Shown piece after piece: positions 1 to 10,600 of a DNA stretch of 64,000 nucleotides (position 1 is the first letter of the stretch; every line of letters begins with the position of its first letter). Source of the stretch: a virus; the IMG/VR virus record IMGVR_UViG_3300002307_000002, positions 1 through 64,000 of that record; one strand, 5' to 3'. A program made the position numbers and the translations under genes. Below the pieces are notes generated by a model. It searched no databases. It was not told the DNA's origin and was given only the letters and a program-made list of their open reading frames with translations.

Positions 1-3000
1 ATGTACATAATCAGGGAGTGTTCTGTATGTTGTACCATCATCAGCAGTCACCATGATAGCCAATCCATCAGCAGGTGAAGGGCTGTCAATCTGGATACGT
101 GGTAATGAAAACTCAACCCCAGGCTTATCACCGGGTTTCAATGGTGTGCCGGTTTCACTTAAGTCTTTCGTAAGCTGGCGAGTAAGGGAAGGGTTGTGCT
201 GGTATAGCTGCTCTTTCAATGGCAAACTTTCAGCAATGTTCCTAAGCCTGTCAGCAGACTGCCTCAATCCCTCAGCAATATGGCTACCTTCAATAGCAGC
301 CCATGGAATGAATTTTACAAAATTCCTGGCATTCTGTAAACCTCCGGTAACGTAATTGTAACGTATCAAGTCTTCAAACAATTCGCGTTTCTTAGCATCT
401 TCACTCTTCAAGCCAGATAACCAGGAACGCTCATTCTCTTCCTGCTCATTTCCATTCATCACTTTAGCTGCAGAGTATTCAATCCTGTCTGGCAGCGCTC
501 CATCAGGGTCAATCAGTGTACTCAACCGTGCGAGCAGGTGGTCATTCTTTCCCCATGTGTTCTTAGCTTCCTGTACACGGATGGCTAAACTCTTAGACGT
601 TTTTTCATTTGAATTCTCTGGCACATGCTCAAAATCAACTTCAAAATAGCCTTTACCAAGTAAGGATGGTTTGCTTCCTATATAACTTACATCCCAGGCT
701 TGTGATTTACTCCAATCAAATGGAGATAATTTTCTTTCTTCGTTTGATTCTTGGTGTACTTTAATAATTTTAATCAAAGTTTTACCATGCCAGCCATTAT
801 CATCTTTAGCCCATATATAGGGATTTCCTAATGGATTGCCCTCAGCGTCAATCCCACCTATTTTAGCTTCTATCTTCTTTCGTTCAGTTAAAGTTCTACT
901 TGTAGATGTGCGTTTGCCTTCTTTTATAGCATCAATTAAATTAGAAGCTTTTACATCACTTCTCATTTTAGCGTTACGTGGCATCCAAGGTAAAGGAGTT
1001 CTACCTGTTCTTTCAGGGTCAAAGCCGTTCATTTCGATATACTTATTATCAGGTATACTATTATAGATACCTGATGCAGAATCTTGTGAAAATAACAATC
1101 TCTTCCTTTCATCCTGAGCATTTTCATACAGGCCCAAGTTGCTGTCAGAGTAGATGAAGCTTTTCAATCCCCTAAACACATCAGCCTTCTGTTTAGGACT
1201 CATGTCCACTCCTTTGCGACCAAGCTGTTCTTGTATGTAGTTGTACAGAGGTGCTACCCTGTGGTACGGGAGTATATCATGGAATACGCCAGTGGCCGTG
1301 CCTATGGTGCGCTTATAAGTTGTACCTACCTCTGTGTTCTGAAATAAAGAACTGGTATTACCCAACACAATTTCAGATGGGTTGGTTTCCAGTTTTGCAG
1401 TTTTCTCAACCACATTCCAGGCATCCAGCATGTTAGCGCCAGCACCACGGGTGTTCTGGCTCATCACACTCTGAAGGGTGATAATCTGTGAACCTATTTC
1501 ATCAAACTTCCTGAATAGTTCTAAAGCTGCAAGTTGACGGGCGTAGAATTCAGCAGATGGTTTAGCTTTCCTGCCCATGTCTATAGTCTCATACAAGCTG
1601 TCAGGGCTGAACACATGCTTGTCAATGATTTCCTGCATTGCAGTTGGGATGACTGCGTCTGCACGTATGCCTAAAGACTCCCTAAGCAGCTTTTCATACT
1701 TTTCAGAAAGTCCTTTGAATGTACTTTCCTTAACATTAGCTATGAAATTCTTGCTCAGGGTATCATTGTTCAAGCTCATTTCAGCAGCAAATTCCCTGAT
1801 TACTGGCTGCATTAGCAACCTGGCATTAAAGCTGAACGGTAAAGCTTGGCCGGGGGTGAAGTCTTCTTTACCTGGTATACCAGTATCAGCACTTTGTAAC
1901 CGGCTGATAGCATTTGAAGCGGCCCATGTGTCGGGTGTCAGGTTTATCTTGTCAACCACCCTGTTCTTAGCATGGTCAACAGCTTCTGATTGCTGTATCT
2001 GAATGCTATCCGCCTTAGAGCGCTTTTCCTTAACTCCAGTTTTAGGATGCACATATTCACTTTCACCATAGCCGGATAGATGAGTGAGGTGTATTTCTTT
2101 CCCATTATCCCCAGCCACAACTATCGAAGCATCTATAAATCCTTCAGCAGTCTTAGTTACCAGTGGAATGTTCTTGTTCTGAACCTCAGCGTTGTGTGTT
2201 AATGCCAGTGAAGTCTGGCCCACAAGTACCTTGGCGCCTTTCATGGACTGAAAGTCTTTCATCTGGTAGTCAGGTGCAAAGTAATCTACATACCCACCAT
2301 CCTTGTCTGCTAGTAAGTCTGCCTCAGCTTTAGCATCATCAATATCCAGAGGCTTCATCATACTTTCATACATCTCTGGGTGTGTCAACACACTCCAGTG
2401 AACGTCGAAGTAATCATTCATCAGCTTATTGCCAGTAGTACGATTGTAAGTGTACACTTTGTCCACGTCAAAGTCAGAACCCATCTGTTTGGTGATGGCC
2501 ATTGGCACCATCATGGTATCAGTTGCACTTTCAGGCAAAAAGCCTGCAATCTCAGCTACAAGCATGGAAGAGTGACCCTGGTTAGGAATACGGGCCAGTA
2601 TCATCTGCATCATTTTCTTCTGATCATCTGTCAGCTCAAGCTTACCATCTTTGATGAAATCCTTGATGTCCTGTCCCATGATACGCTTGAAATGAGCTGA
2701 GGAAACAAGTATCTGAGCAGGTATGGTTTCATTGTTGTCACCTTTACGGGCAGTCTGTAACTCACCTGTAACTAGTTCACCAGTCCATATAATACCGCTT
2801 CTTTCACCAGTGTCACCTTCAATGGATTTAAACCCGGCAGATGATGCCTGCACAAAGCTGTGGCCAGGTACTTTGATTTTCACAATGTCCCGTACCAGGC
2901 TCATCATCTTGGTTTCAAACTTACCTGCACTGGCAGCAAGGAATAACGGCACTGTCAGTTGATTTGTACCTTCTACAAAACTGGATAGCTGAAGCAGGTC

Positions 3001-6000
3001 ATTGTTACCATATCCCGCACCGGTAGCGGCCTCTTGTGCCAGTATGCTATACAGCTTTTTGGGGTCAGTCAGCACTGGATTATGGATGGCATCAAATGTT
3101 GCCCCCACTTTGCCCATGAATTTCTCATGGCTTTGTTCAATCAATTGCTGGCGGATAACTTCTTTCTTCTGCCTCAACTCAGCTCCTGATAGCTTTTCAC
3201 CCTGGAAATCGAAGGTGCTCTTTACAGTGGCAATGTGTTCTACCAGGTTTTTGTTCAGCTGGCTTACAGTGAGTATGTGGTCTTTATCCTCTTCATAAGG
3301 CACTTCTTGCTGAATACGGAAGTTGGTACGGTTTAGCAACTGTTTAGACTGTTCCCAAACCGGTGTCTTAAACACATCCTCATCTATGGTACCATCAGAT
3401 GCAAACAGGGATACTGGTTCTTTTGGAGCACCCGTCTTTTTAGCTGAGGAGTAAGCAAACCTGTCTACGTTCTGCTTTTCCATAGCTTTCCTCAGCTTGT
3501 CAATTTCTTTACCGGCAGTCAGTGGTGGGTACAGGGGATAAGCTGAGGATTTGATATAGTCGTACCTCATCACATCTCCCTCACTCACCATCCCGCTAAC
3601 CACAGGCTTTTGAGGCTGGAACACTACATTCTTCAGGATAGGCTCATTCTCAAATGTATAGTATCCATCCTTAGCATTTGCTATGATATTGAGTGCAGTG
3701 TTTTTTTGAACTTCAGTAATCTTACCATCTTTAAACAGATTGACCATGTATTCCTTCATAGTTACCAGCTCCTGAGCATCTGTACCAGGTACACCCTTTT
3801 CATACCCAGGCATGCCTTTCATTTCTCTGGCAATCGGTTCATAATCCGCACCAGTCACGGCTGTGTAGTGAGGGGCATCACTCCAGTCAGCATCGCTACC
3901 GGGGGCAATGTCTTTAGCCAGCCTTTTGCCATACTCCACCATGGTACTGATAACAGATGCAGATTCTTTACCTGTAACCATCTTACCATCTAATACAGCG
4001 CCTTTAACTGGTTTGAATGTGCCAGCAGGATCACCGTAGAAAGTTTGGGCCAAACCGGTATTGAACAGAAATGAGTTGGCTGTGTAGTGCATAGCTGCCA
4101 TGGTAAGAGCAGTAGTCTTCACTCCTTCACCATCAATCTGGTTGTCAGCACCATCTCTCCAATCCCTGTTGGTAAAGTGTTCTTTGTACTTCTTATCCTT
4201 AGGGTTTAGGTTTACATACTGCAGTAGTGACCTGAAGTAAGACTCATTGCCAGGCAGTGTATCCTCTGTCAGTTTACTGTCCTCCCATGCTGTCAGTGTT
4301 CTCTCTACAGCTTTATTAAGCTGGGCTTTAATAATCTGTTTAACGTATTTCTCAAAGTTGGGGGTGGATATTGGATTGAGCGTTCCATCTTCTCCCCAAA
4401 TGGTAGTATAATGCCCTTCAGTAATCTGCTTGTTCTTCAGCCTTTCCTGTAGGTGTTCTTTGTTCAGGATAGGCAACATGTAAAACAGGTTCTTAGCCAC
4501 ATCGTAGTTTTTCAGATTGTGGGCCTGCTGGTTCTGTATACGTTCATACTCAGCCATGAACACATGCTGATACACTGTATCAATGAATTTTGGGTGTAGA
4601 CTAAAGCTGCCATTTGATACATCTATCACATCACCAAACGGAAGTATAGGAGCATTCAGGAATACAGGAGTCTGGGTTTTGTCTGAGTGTGTCAGGCTCA
4701 CCATGTGTTTGTTTTGAAACAGGCCCAATACGGTAGCCCACTGTTCCCTGTCACTCATATCTGGTCGGGTAACCCCATCACGGCTGCCGTATTCATTCTT
4801 CAAGCCATCCATGTATCCAAGTGTTAACTCCCGGGTTGGGTCAGCTAACAGCCAACTGTGTTTATTGAAGCTTGCTTTGCTGAGTGCTTCTTTAAAAGCT
4901 GGGTCAGTATTGAATTGACGGATGGCGTGTGAGAGTGAAGTGTTCAAGCCATAGCTGTAGATAGTTTTACCATCTGCACTTTTCAGTGTGTTACTATGAA
5001 CTCTGGTCATGTACTTGAGCTGAGTACCAGCCAGGTAACGCATGCTGCTCTTCTCAGTGTACAGCGGGTTGTTGATTTTGAAAGCATCTTCATCAGTAGA
5101 ATTATCCACTGAATTGTCTGTTTCATCTACCTCTGGTGCATCTTTCAAATACCCGGCCATCCTTCCAATCAAGGCTTCAGCAATACTTTTAGGTTTTCCG
5201 GCAGCGTTATAACCTTCACCTATTAAGCCAGACAACCCGAATTTCTTTCCGGTGTCAGTCTTGCTGTTGCCCATGTACTTCTCCTTATTCCTCAGCTCCT
5301 GCATAGCTTCATCAGAAAGATAGATGCCGTTGGCTTCAAGTGTACGTTTGAATAAAGCTGAGGAACGCTGCTCCCATTCAGCTGAACTCCTGTCCAGCGG
5401 AAGGATAGCCTGCAGCTCATCTGCCAGCTCTTTTACCAGTTTGGTGTTCAGTATCTTTTTACCGGCAGCGTTAGTCTCCCACAAATCAGTGAACATCTTC
5501 TGGTTTTCTCTCCAGGTATTGATGATACTGTCAATCTCATTTCCACGGTTACTATCTATAGCACGCATTTTCAGGTAACCATCTTCTCCCCGGGTGGCAA
5601 GTACCATCACCATCTTTCTGTACTGGCCGCTAAAAGCTTTGACAAACTGGTTCTGCATGTGTGCAGGTTGGGCTTCTATCTTTTCAGCCACTCGTCTTAG
5701 GTTAGGGGTGGGGGCCTCTTTCAGTGCCTTGAGATAAGCTGAGAAAGAAGGTTCTATCCCAGTGAGGTGGCTCATGGTTTCTGTATACAGGCTATTAGCA
5801 TCAGCCAGGGTAGGTAGCCCAAGGAAGTTTTTCTCTGTGGTAAGTTCAGCAGGCTTGTTAGGGTAGTAGGTAACCTTCATTTTTAGATGGCCTACTTCCG
5901 GTTCAAAGCCTTCTTCACGTTTTACCCGTTCTTTCAACTCTGGTGTTAGGTCTGCCTCAGTCAATCTCTTCTCAGCTTCCAGCTTTACAATCCCTTTCAG

Positions 6001-7071
6001 GTTGCTCATCATGGAATACTGGTTCTTCTGCTCAAGCGGGGTGAGGGATTTATCTACTTCTTCAGGCAGAACAATACCCATTTTCTGGGCATACCTCGGG
6101 TTGATATAGAAGTCTTTCTTAGCACCAGAAGCAATATCCCGGGCAGTATTATCGTTATTTAAAGATAGCTGAACAAACCTGAGATTGGCTGTGTCAGTGA
6201 ACTGGCTATTTTCGATGTTGGCCATAAACATCTTCATGGCTGTAGAAAGAGTGTCTTTCATATCCAGGGTGAAACTGTCCTGAAACCAGTCTTTCAAACC
6301 TTCACTGTCCTGTAAGTCAATCTCCTTATCACCAGCTTCAGCATTTACATGCTCCAGTGTTGTACTATCTGGACTTTCCAAAGCTGCCCCACCATTCTTG
6401 AATTTGATACCCAGGTTTTCCAGACGTTTCATAGTGAAATGCCAGAAGCCCTTGTCGGTATCAAAGGCATCCAGTATAGCACGGGCAGTAGCTACCCTTT
6501 CCGCGCTATGAGCAGATGGTTGTATGTTGGCAATCTTACCCATGTTAGCACTGTTCCAGCCATCATGGAATTTTTGTATATCATTTTTAATCCTCTCCTT
6601 AACGTAATCCAATGTAGATTTTCCCTCAGCTTTAAGTTTATCCTGTAAAGCCGGGTCACTGATTGCTTTAGGGAAGAGGTTGAACAGCTTGTACTGGATA
6701 CTATCTACCACCTGCTCCTGTTTAACAGCTTCCCAATACCCGCCATCGGGAAGTTTAACAGCGGTTAACTCAAGCTGCTTGTTGAGGGCCTCGGGGTTTA
6801 TATCGAGTGGATTTACTTCAGTTTGAGCAATCTTTCTGAAATCATCAGCAGCGGGTGCAGGGTTAGCGTTTACAATCTCTTCCTGTTTAGGTAAAGCAGC
6901 CTCAACCGCAGCTGCTGTAGGTTCACCATTCTCATCTTTTTCAGCAAAATCGTGTTGATGTGCCCATGTCCAAAGCTGGAGAGCACGTTCTTCCCCGTAC
7001 TTCTGTTCGAGGGAGGCATACAGTAATGAAGGTTTCTCAGTACCAGGTACGGCAACTTTATTGCAATTCAT
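1..7071 (-). CDS. Virion-packaged two-barrel RNA polymerase (phi14:2 gp66-like), 3' end beyond window
   Basis: Not in ORF track because it has no stop in the window. ATG at 7071 (MNCNKVAVPG...). Spot translations in the same frame give LARIPNQGHSS (~2560-2600) and KQMGSDFDVDK (~2458-2490), the crAss RNAP catalytic DFDxD motif. Last of three large cargo genes. Confidence 0.9.
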   Translation of the reverse strand, partial: MNCNKVAVPGTEKPSLLYASLEQKYGEERALQLWTWAHQHDFAEKDENGEPTAAAVEAALPKQEEIVNANPAPAADDFRKIAQTEVNPLDINPEALNKQLELTAVKLPDGGYWEAVKQEQVVDSIQYKLFNLFPKAISDPALQDKLKAEGKSTLDYVKERIKNDIQKFHDGWNSANMGKIANIQPSAHSAERVATARAILDAFDTDKGFWHFTMKRLENLGIKFKNGGAALESPDSTTLEHVNAEAGDKEIDLQDSEGLKDWFQDSFTLDMKDTLSTAMKMFMANIENSQFTDTANLRFVQLSLNNDNTARDIASGAKKDFYINPRYAQKMGIVLPEEVDKSLTPLEQKNQYSMMSNLKGIVKLEAEKRLTEADLTPELKERVKREEGFEPEVGHLKMKVTYYPNKPAELTTEKNFLGLPTLADANSLYTETMSHLTGIEPSFSAYLKALKEAPTPNLRRVAEKIEAQPAHMQNQFVKAFSGQYRKMVMVLATRGEDGYLKMRAIDSNRGNEIDSIINTWRENQKMFTDLWETNAAGKKILNTKLVKELADELQAILPLDRSSAEWEQRSSALFKRTLEANGIYLSDEAMQELRNKEKYMGNSKTDTGKKFGLSGLIGEGYNAAGKPKSIAEALIGRMAGYLKDAPEVDETDNSVDNSTDEDAFKINNPLYTEKSSMRYLAGTQLKYMTRVHSNTLKSADGKTIYSYGLNTSLSHAIRQFNTDPAFKEALSKASFNKHSWLLADPTRELTLGYMDGLKNEYGSRDGVTRPDMSDREQWATVLGLFQNKHMVSLTHSDKTQTPVFLNAPILPFGDVIDVSNGSFSLHPKFIDTVYQHVFMAEYERIQNQQAHNLKNYDVAKNLFYMLPILNKEHLQERLKNKQITEGHYTTIWGEDGTLNPISTPNFEKYVKQIIKAQLNKAVERTLTAWEDSKLTEDTLPGNESYFRSLLQYVNLNPKDKKYKEHFTNRDWRDGADNQIDGEGVKTTALTMAAMHYTANSFLFNTGLAQTFYGDPAGTFKPVKGAVLDGKMVTGKESASVISTMVEYGKRLAKDIAPGSDADWSDAPHYTAVTGADYEPIAREMKGMPGYEKGVPGTDAQELVTMKEYMVNLFKDGKITEVQKNTALNIIANAKDGYYTFENEPILKNVVFQPQKPVVSGMVSEGDVMRYDYIKSSAYPLYPPLTAGKEIDKLRKAMEKQNVDRFAYSSAKKTGAPKEPVSLFASDGTIDEDVFKTPVWEQSKQLLNRTNFRIQQEVPYEEDKDHILTVSQLNKNLVEHIATVKSTFDFQGEKLSGAELRQKKEVIRQQLIEQSHEKFMGKVGATFDAIHNPVLTDPKKLYSILAQEAATGAGYGNNDLLQLSSFVEGTNQLTVPLFLAASAGKFETKMMSLVRDIVKIKVPGHSFVQASSAGFKSIEGDTGERSGIIWTGELVTGELQTARKGDNNETIPAQILVSSAHFKRIMGQDIKDFIKDGKLELTDDQKKMMQMILARIPNQGHSSMLVAEIAGFLPESATDTMMVPMAITKQMGSDFDVDKVYTYNRTTGNKLMNDYFDVHWSVLTHPEMYESMMKPLDIDDAKAEADLLADKDGGYVDYFAPDYQMKDFQSMKGAKVLVGQTSLALTHNAEVQNKNIPLVTKTAEGFIDASIVVAGDNGKEIHLTHLSGYGESEYVHPKTGVKEKRSKADSIQIQQSEAVDHAKNRVVDKINLTPDTWAASNAISRLQSADTGIPGKEDFTPGQALPFSFNARLLMQPVIREFAAEMSLNNDTLSKNFIANVKESTFKGLSEKYEKLLRESLGIRADAVIPTAMQEIIDKHVFSPDSLYETIDMGRKAKPSAEFYARQLAALELFRKFDEIGSQIITLQSVMSQNTRGAGANMLDAWNVVEKTAKLETNPSEIVLGNTSSLFQNTEVGTTYKRTIGTATGVFHDILPYHRVAPLYNYIQEQLGRKGVDMSPKQKADVFRGLKSFIYSDSNLGLYENAQDERKRLLFSQDSASGIYNSIPDNKYIEMNGFDPERTGRTPLPWMPRNAKMRSDVKASNLIDAIKEGKRTSTSRTLTERKKIEAKIGGIDAEGNPLGNPYIWAKDDNGWHGKTLIKIIKVHQESNEERKLSPFDWSKSQAWDVSYIGSKPSLLGKGYFEVDFEHVPENSNEKTSKSLAIRVQEAKNTWGKNDHLLARLSTLIDPDGALPDRIEYSAAKVMNGNEQEENERSWLSGLKSEDAKKRELFEDLIRYNYVTGGLQNARNFVKFIPWAAIEGSHIAEGLRQSADRLRNIAESLPLKEQLYQHNPSLTRQLTKDLSETGTPLKPGDKPGVEFSLPRIQIDSPSPADGLAIMVTADDGTTYRTLPDYVH

Positions 7072-7094
7072 AGGATAGAAGATTTGGATATGGA

Positions 7095-7607
7095 TTAATT
7101 CATAAGTGTGGTAATATCTGCTGCTGTGCTATAGGAGTCTTCTGACTCATGTCCTTCCTCCCCATAGTTGTAAACTGTTAAAGATTTAGAACGCCCATAT
7201 ACTTCTGATTTAATATTGAATCTTAAAGTAGCAATATCAGACGTTTTTAAAAGTTCAATTTGCTGTTTAGAGATTAAGTATAATACCTGTGATTCTCCAT
7301 CAACTGCATCTGTAGCAATTTTAGTAGTTAGGGTGACTGTTTTACCATTTTGAAGTATAATAAATACTGCACCTCCTATTCGTTCTACTTCTACAAAATC
7401 AACTTTATAAGCCAAAAATAAGTACTGTACCTTATCTCCTTTTGCAACGCTTACAGAAAGACGTTCCCAGCTTTTTTCCTTAGAAGCAAATTGCCATATA
7501 TTTGTAGAAGGGTACTGTTTATCTCCGTGGTATACAAATTGAGAGGTAGCTTTGTAGGATAGTAGACTGTATACAAAAGAAACTAATAGAGCTTTTGTTG
7601 TATTCAT
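7095..7607 (-). CDS. AT-rich protein with N-terminal signal peptide (moron-like)
   Basis: 170-aa ORF, hydrophobic N-terminus ending ATSQ, lower GC than flanks. Confidence 0.7.
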   Translation of the reverse strand: MNTTKALLVSFVYSLLSYKATSQFVYHGDKQYPSTNIWQFASKEKSWERLSVSVAKGDKVQYLFLAYKVDFVEVERIGGAVFIILQNGKTVTLTTKIATDAVDGESQVLYLISKQQIELLKTSDIATLRFNIKSEVYGRSKSLTVYNYGEEGHESEDSYSTAADITTLMN

Positions 7608-7616
7608 AATAGAGGT

Positions 7617-10600
7617 TTAACATTTTCTAAACGGATTATACCCTTCAGGTATTGCGGAAAGTCCAGAATTTTGAAGCTGTGCTAAGACTTCTTCAGGTTT
7701 AAGGTCTGGTTCCCTTTCCTCCGGGGGTACATCCATTCGTAATTGGTTGACAGTATCCAAAGTTATAGGCTCCCCATCAACTTTCAAAATTCCCTTAACT
7801 GGAAGTTTAGAAGCGTTGCTGATTTCATCGTCTCCTAATAGCAGGGCATCTAAGTCAGCTTCAGAATGAAACTCTGGTTCGGGTTGTTTGATTTCCCCGA
7901 CATCAGCAATGTTACTGGTTGGCACCTCAACAGCTTCTGAGGTAAGACTATCTTCACCAGTTAAGCTATCTTTGTCCAGTATCACCTGGCTGTTAGCCCC
8001 ATACACGTAATGCTCTTTAACATCTACGGTCACTTTGTTGGTACCATCCACAGATGTACTGGTGTAATTGCGCATGTAATCATCATAGTTTTTGTAAACT
8101 TTATGTGATACCTTCCCATCTTCTGAGATGCTCACCATGGTGAATGGCTTGTTACCTTGCTCATTGATACCCCGTACAATGTTTGTTCCATCCCCTAATG
8201 CTGGGAAGTTTACAATTCGTTGTCTCTGGGCCAATCCTTTCTCAAACAGTGCAGTAAACTCTGGATTTAGTTTACCATCCGGGCCCAATTTAGCATAAGC
8301 ATGCTCACCGGAGTATGTTACACCTGCATGAATGTCATTGCCGTTTGACGGAATGTTCATCAGGAACTTGGGAACTTTCTTCCCACTTGCATCAGCCGGA
8401 GCGTCAGCATGAGTGTTTAACTTACTGAATGAGGAGCCGTATGTGAAGTACTGCTGCATGAAACTTTCCAGTCCTTTCGGAGCAGAGATGTCTATCCCTG
8501 TCAGCTTTTTGATATTATCAATGATACGCTTACCGGCACCATCCAGGTTTCCGCCTTTCACTTCCAGATGGGCCTCAATAGCTTTACGGAGTGTCTTGAT
8601 GTCTGATGTACGGAGTTTTTCAGTCCTGATAGGAGCTGCATAAAACCTGCCATCAGGCATTGGAAGAAGTACACGTACAGAGCCATTAGCTTCTTTCAAT
8701 TCTTTAGAATTTACAATTTCCATACCAGTGATAGGTACTTTATTCTTGATTTGAAACTCTCCATCTTGAATTACCCCGTATTTCAAGCCTTCCTGTGGAA
8801 TAGCTTCTGAAGTCTTTTTGCTCTTGTACTTCACCTTTCCATCAGTACCTACTTCACTCAGCCACAGTACGTTACCACTTGTTCTGTCCTTCACAGTAGT
8901 TTTCAACCGGGCTTTTTCAGGATTGAGGTTATACATACGGGCCAGTCTCTGTCTGATTTCCAGGTTATTAGCTATCTGCTTTTCACGATTAGGATTACCA
9001 CTCTCATCATACTGGGGAATGTTACGTGCCCCATCTTTCAGCCAGTCCTGTGTGTGCAAGTAACCGAGAGTTTCGCCTGAACGGTCATGTACAATCTTTA
9101 TAGGAATGTTATGATGAGCATTGGTTTGCAGGTCTATCTTACCATCTTTAGTATAGTCTTTAAAAGCTTTGCCTTTCTTATCTACGTAAGCTGTATCAAG
9201 TTCCAGGTGTACTGGGTCACCAACCTTGATAGCTCCAGACACCATCCGGGCTTTGCTCACTTTATCATTCAGTTCTGTAGTACCGTCACTCCATTGAGAG
9301 TTACGTATACCGCGCACACCTTCTGGTGTCCTTATTTCGTGGTATTCTACATCAGCGCTGGCTACGGCCACTCCCGCGTGCATAGATTTGGCAGTGTCTT
9401 CCCAGACTTCTGGCTTCTTTGTTTCCTCAAAAGCTGGAGGATTAGCTATCTCGGGCTGCCCGGTGGATGACTGTGGTGGGTCAATTTTGGTTTTATCCCC
9501 TGGTAGCTGTGTTGTAGTTTCAGGTACATCTACCGGTTTAGCATCAATCTTATCCTCAAGTATCTGTTCAACCAAATACTGACGGAGTGATTGGGCAGTG
9601 TCCAACGCTACATCCTGAGGTACACCTTCCCCAATCAGTCTTTGAGCTGATATAGAAGTAGTCTCTCTGGCAGCTTTAACTCGAGCCAGTTGTAGTTTGA
9701 TGGGACTGTCACCTGTGGTTTGTTCAATTTGCTTACGGGCATTTGATTCCATCCTGTCCACTACATCCTGCGCTGCTTTGGAGAGTTTACCTTTCAGCTC
9801 CTGGAATTTAGCAGTCATGGTTCCTTCAGTGTAATCAGGTTCCTGAATGGGATGCTCTACCTCTGGTTCTTCTGGTGCTTCCTCCGGTTCTATTTGAGCA
9901 TTGTCCTCAACAGGCGCTTGTCCACTTTCTGGTGCTTGTACACGGTTCGTGGACGGTTCAGTTTCCTGAACAGGCTCTGGTCTTTCAACTGGAGCAGTCT
10001 GGGTAACTTTCTGGGCACGGGCATGTTGTTCTTCGGCCTTTCCTACAGCTTCAGTTGCTTTCTCAAGCTGAGTATCAAGCAGTTTAATCCTTCTGTCCAG
10101 GGTGTCCATCCGTCTCTTCTGGCGTACCATTTCAGTCTTCAGCCTAATCTCACCATTCATCCGGGCGAATATGCCTTTCTCCTTCTGAAGTTCTTCCAAC
10201 TTGGTTTTAGCCTCATTGTACTTCTGAGCAGCCTCATTTCTTTCCTTGGTGTACTGAGCAATCTGCTCCTGAAGCCTGGCCACCTCTTTCTGCTTCTGCT
10301 CAACTGTCAGTTTTGTGTATGCCTCATCTTCCATGCGCTTACGGAAGTCTTCAGTATTCTGGGCTTTGATTTTCTCCTGATATTCTTTAACAGCTTTAGC
10401 CTGTTGTTCAGCAAACTGTTTGTACAAAGTGTGGCGGCCTTTCTCAGACATCTGCTCTTTCAGGTTTTCAGCATTTACCTTCACCTGCGCTTTGTAAACT
10501 TCCAGCGCGGCTTTATCCTCCTGCAATAAGCTGTGAGACATGATGCTTTCCTTGTAATCTCGTAAGCTCTTGCCAGGGTTGGCTTCTTTCCATGCCTGAT

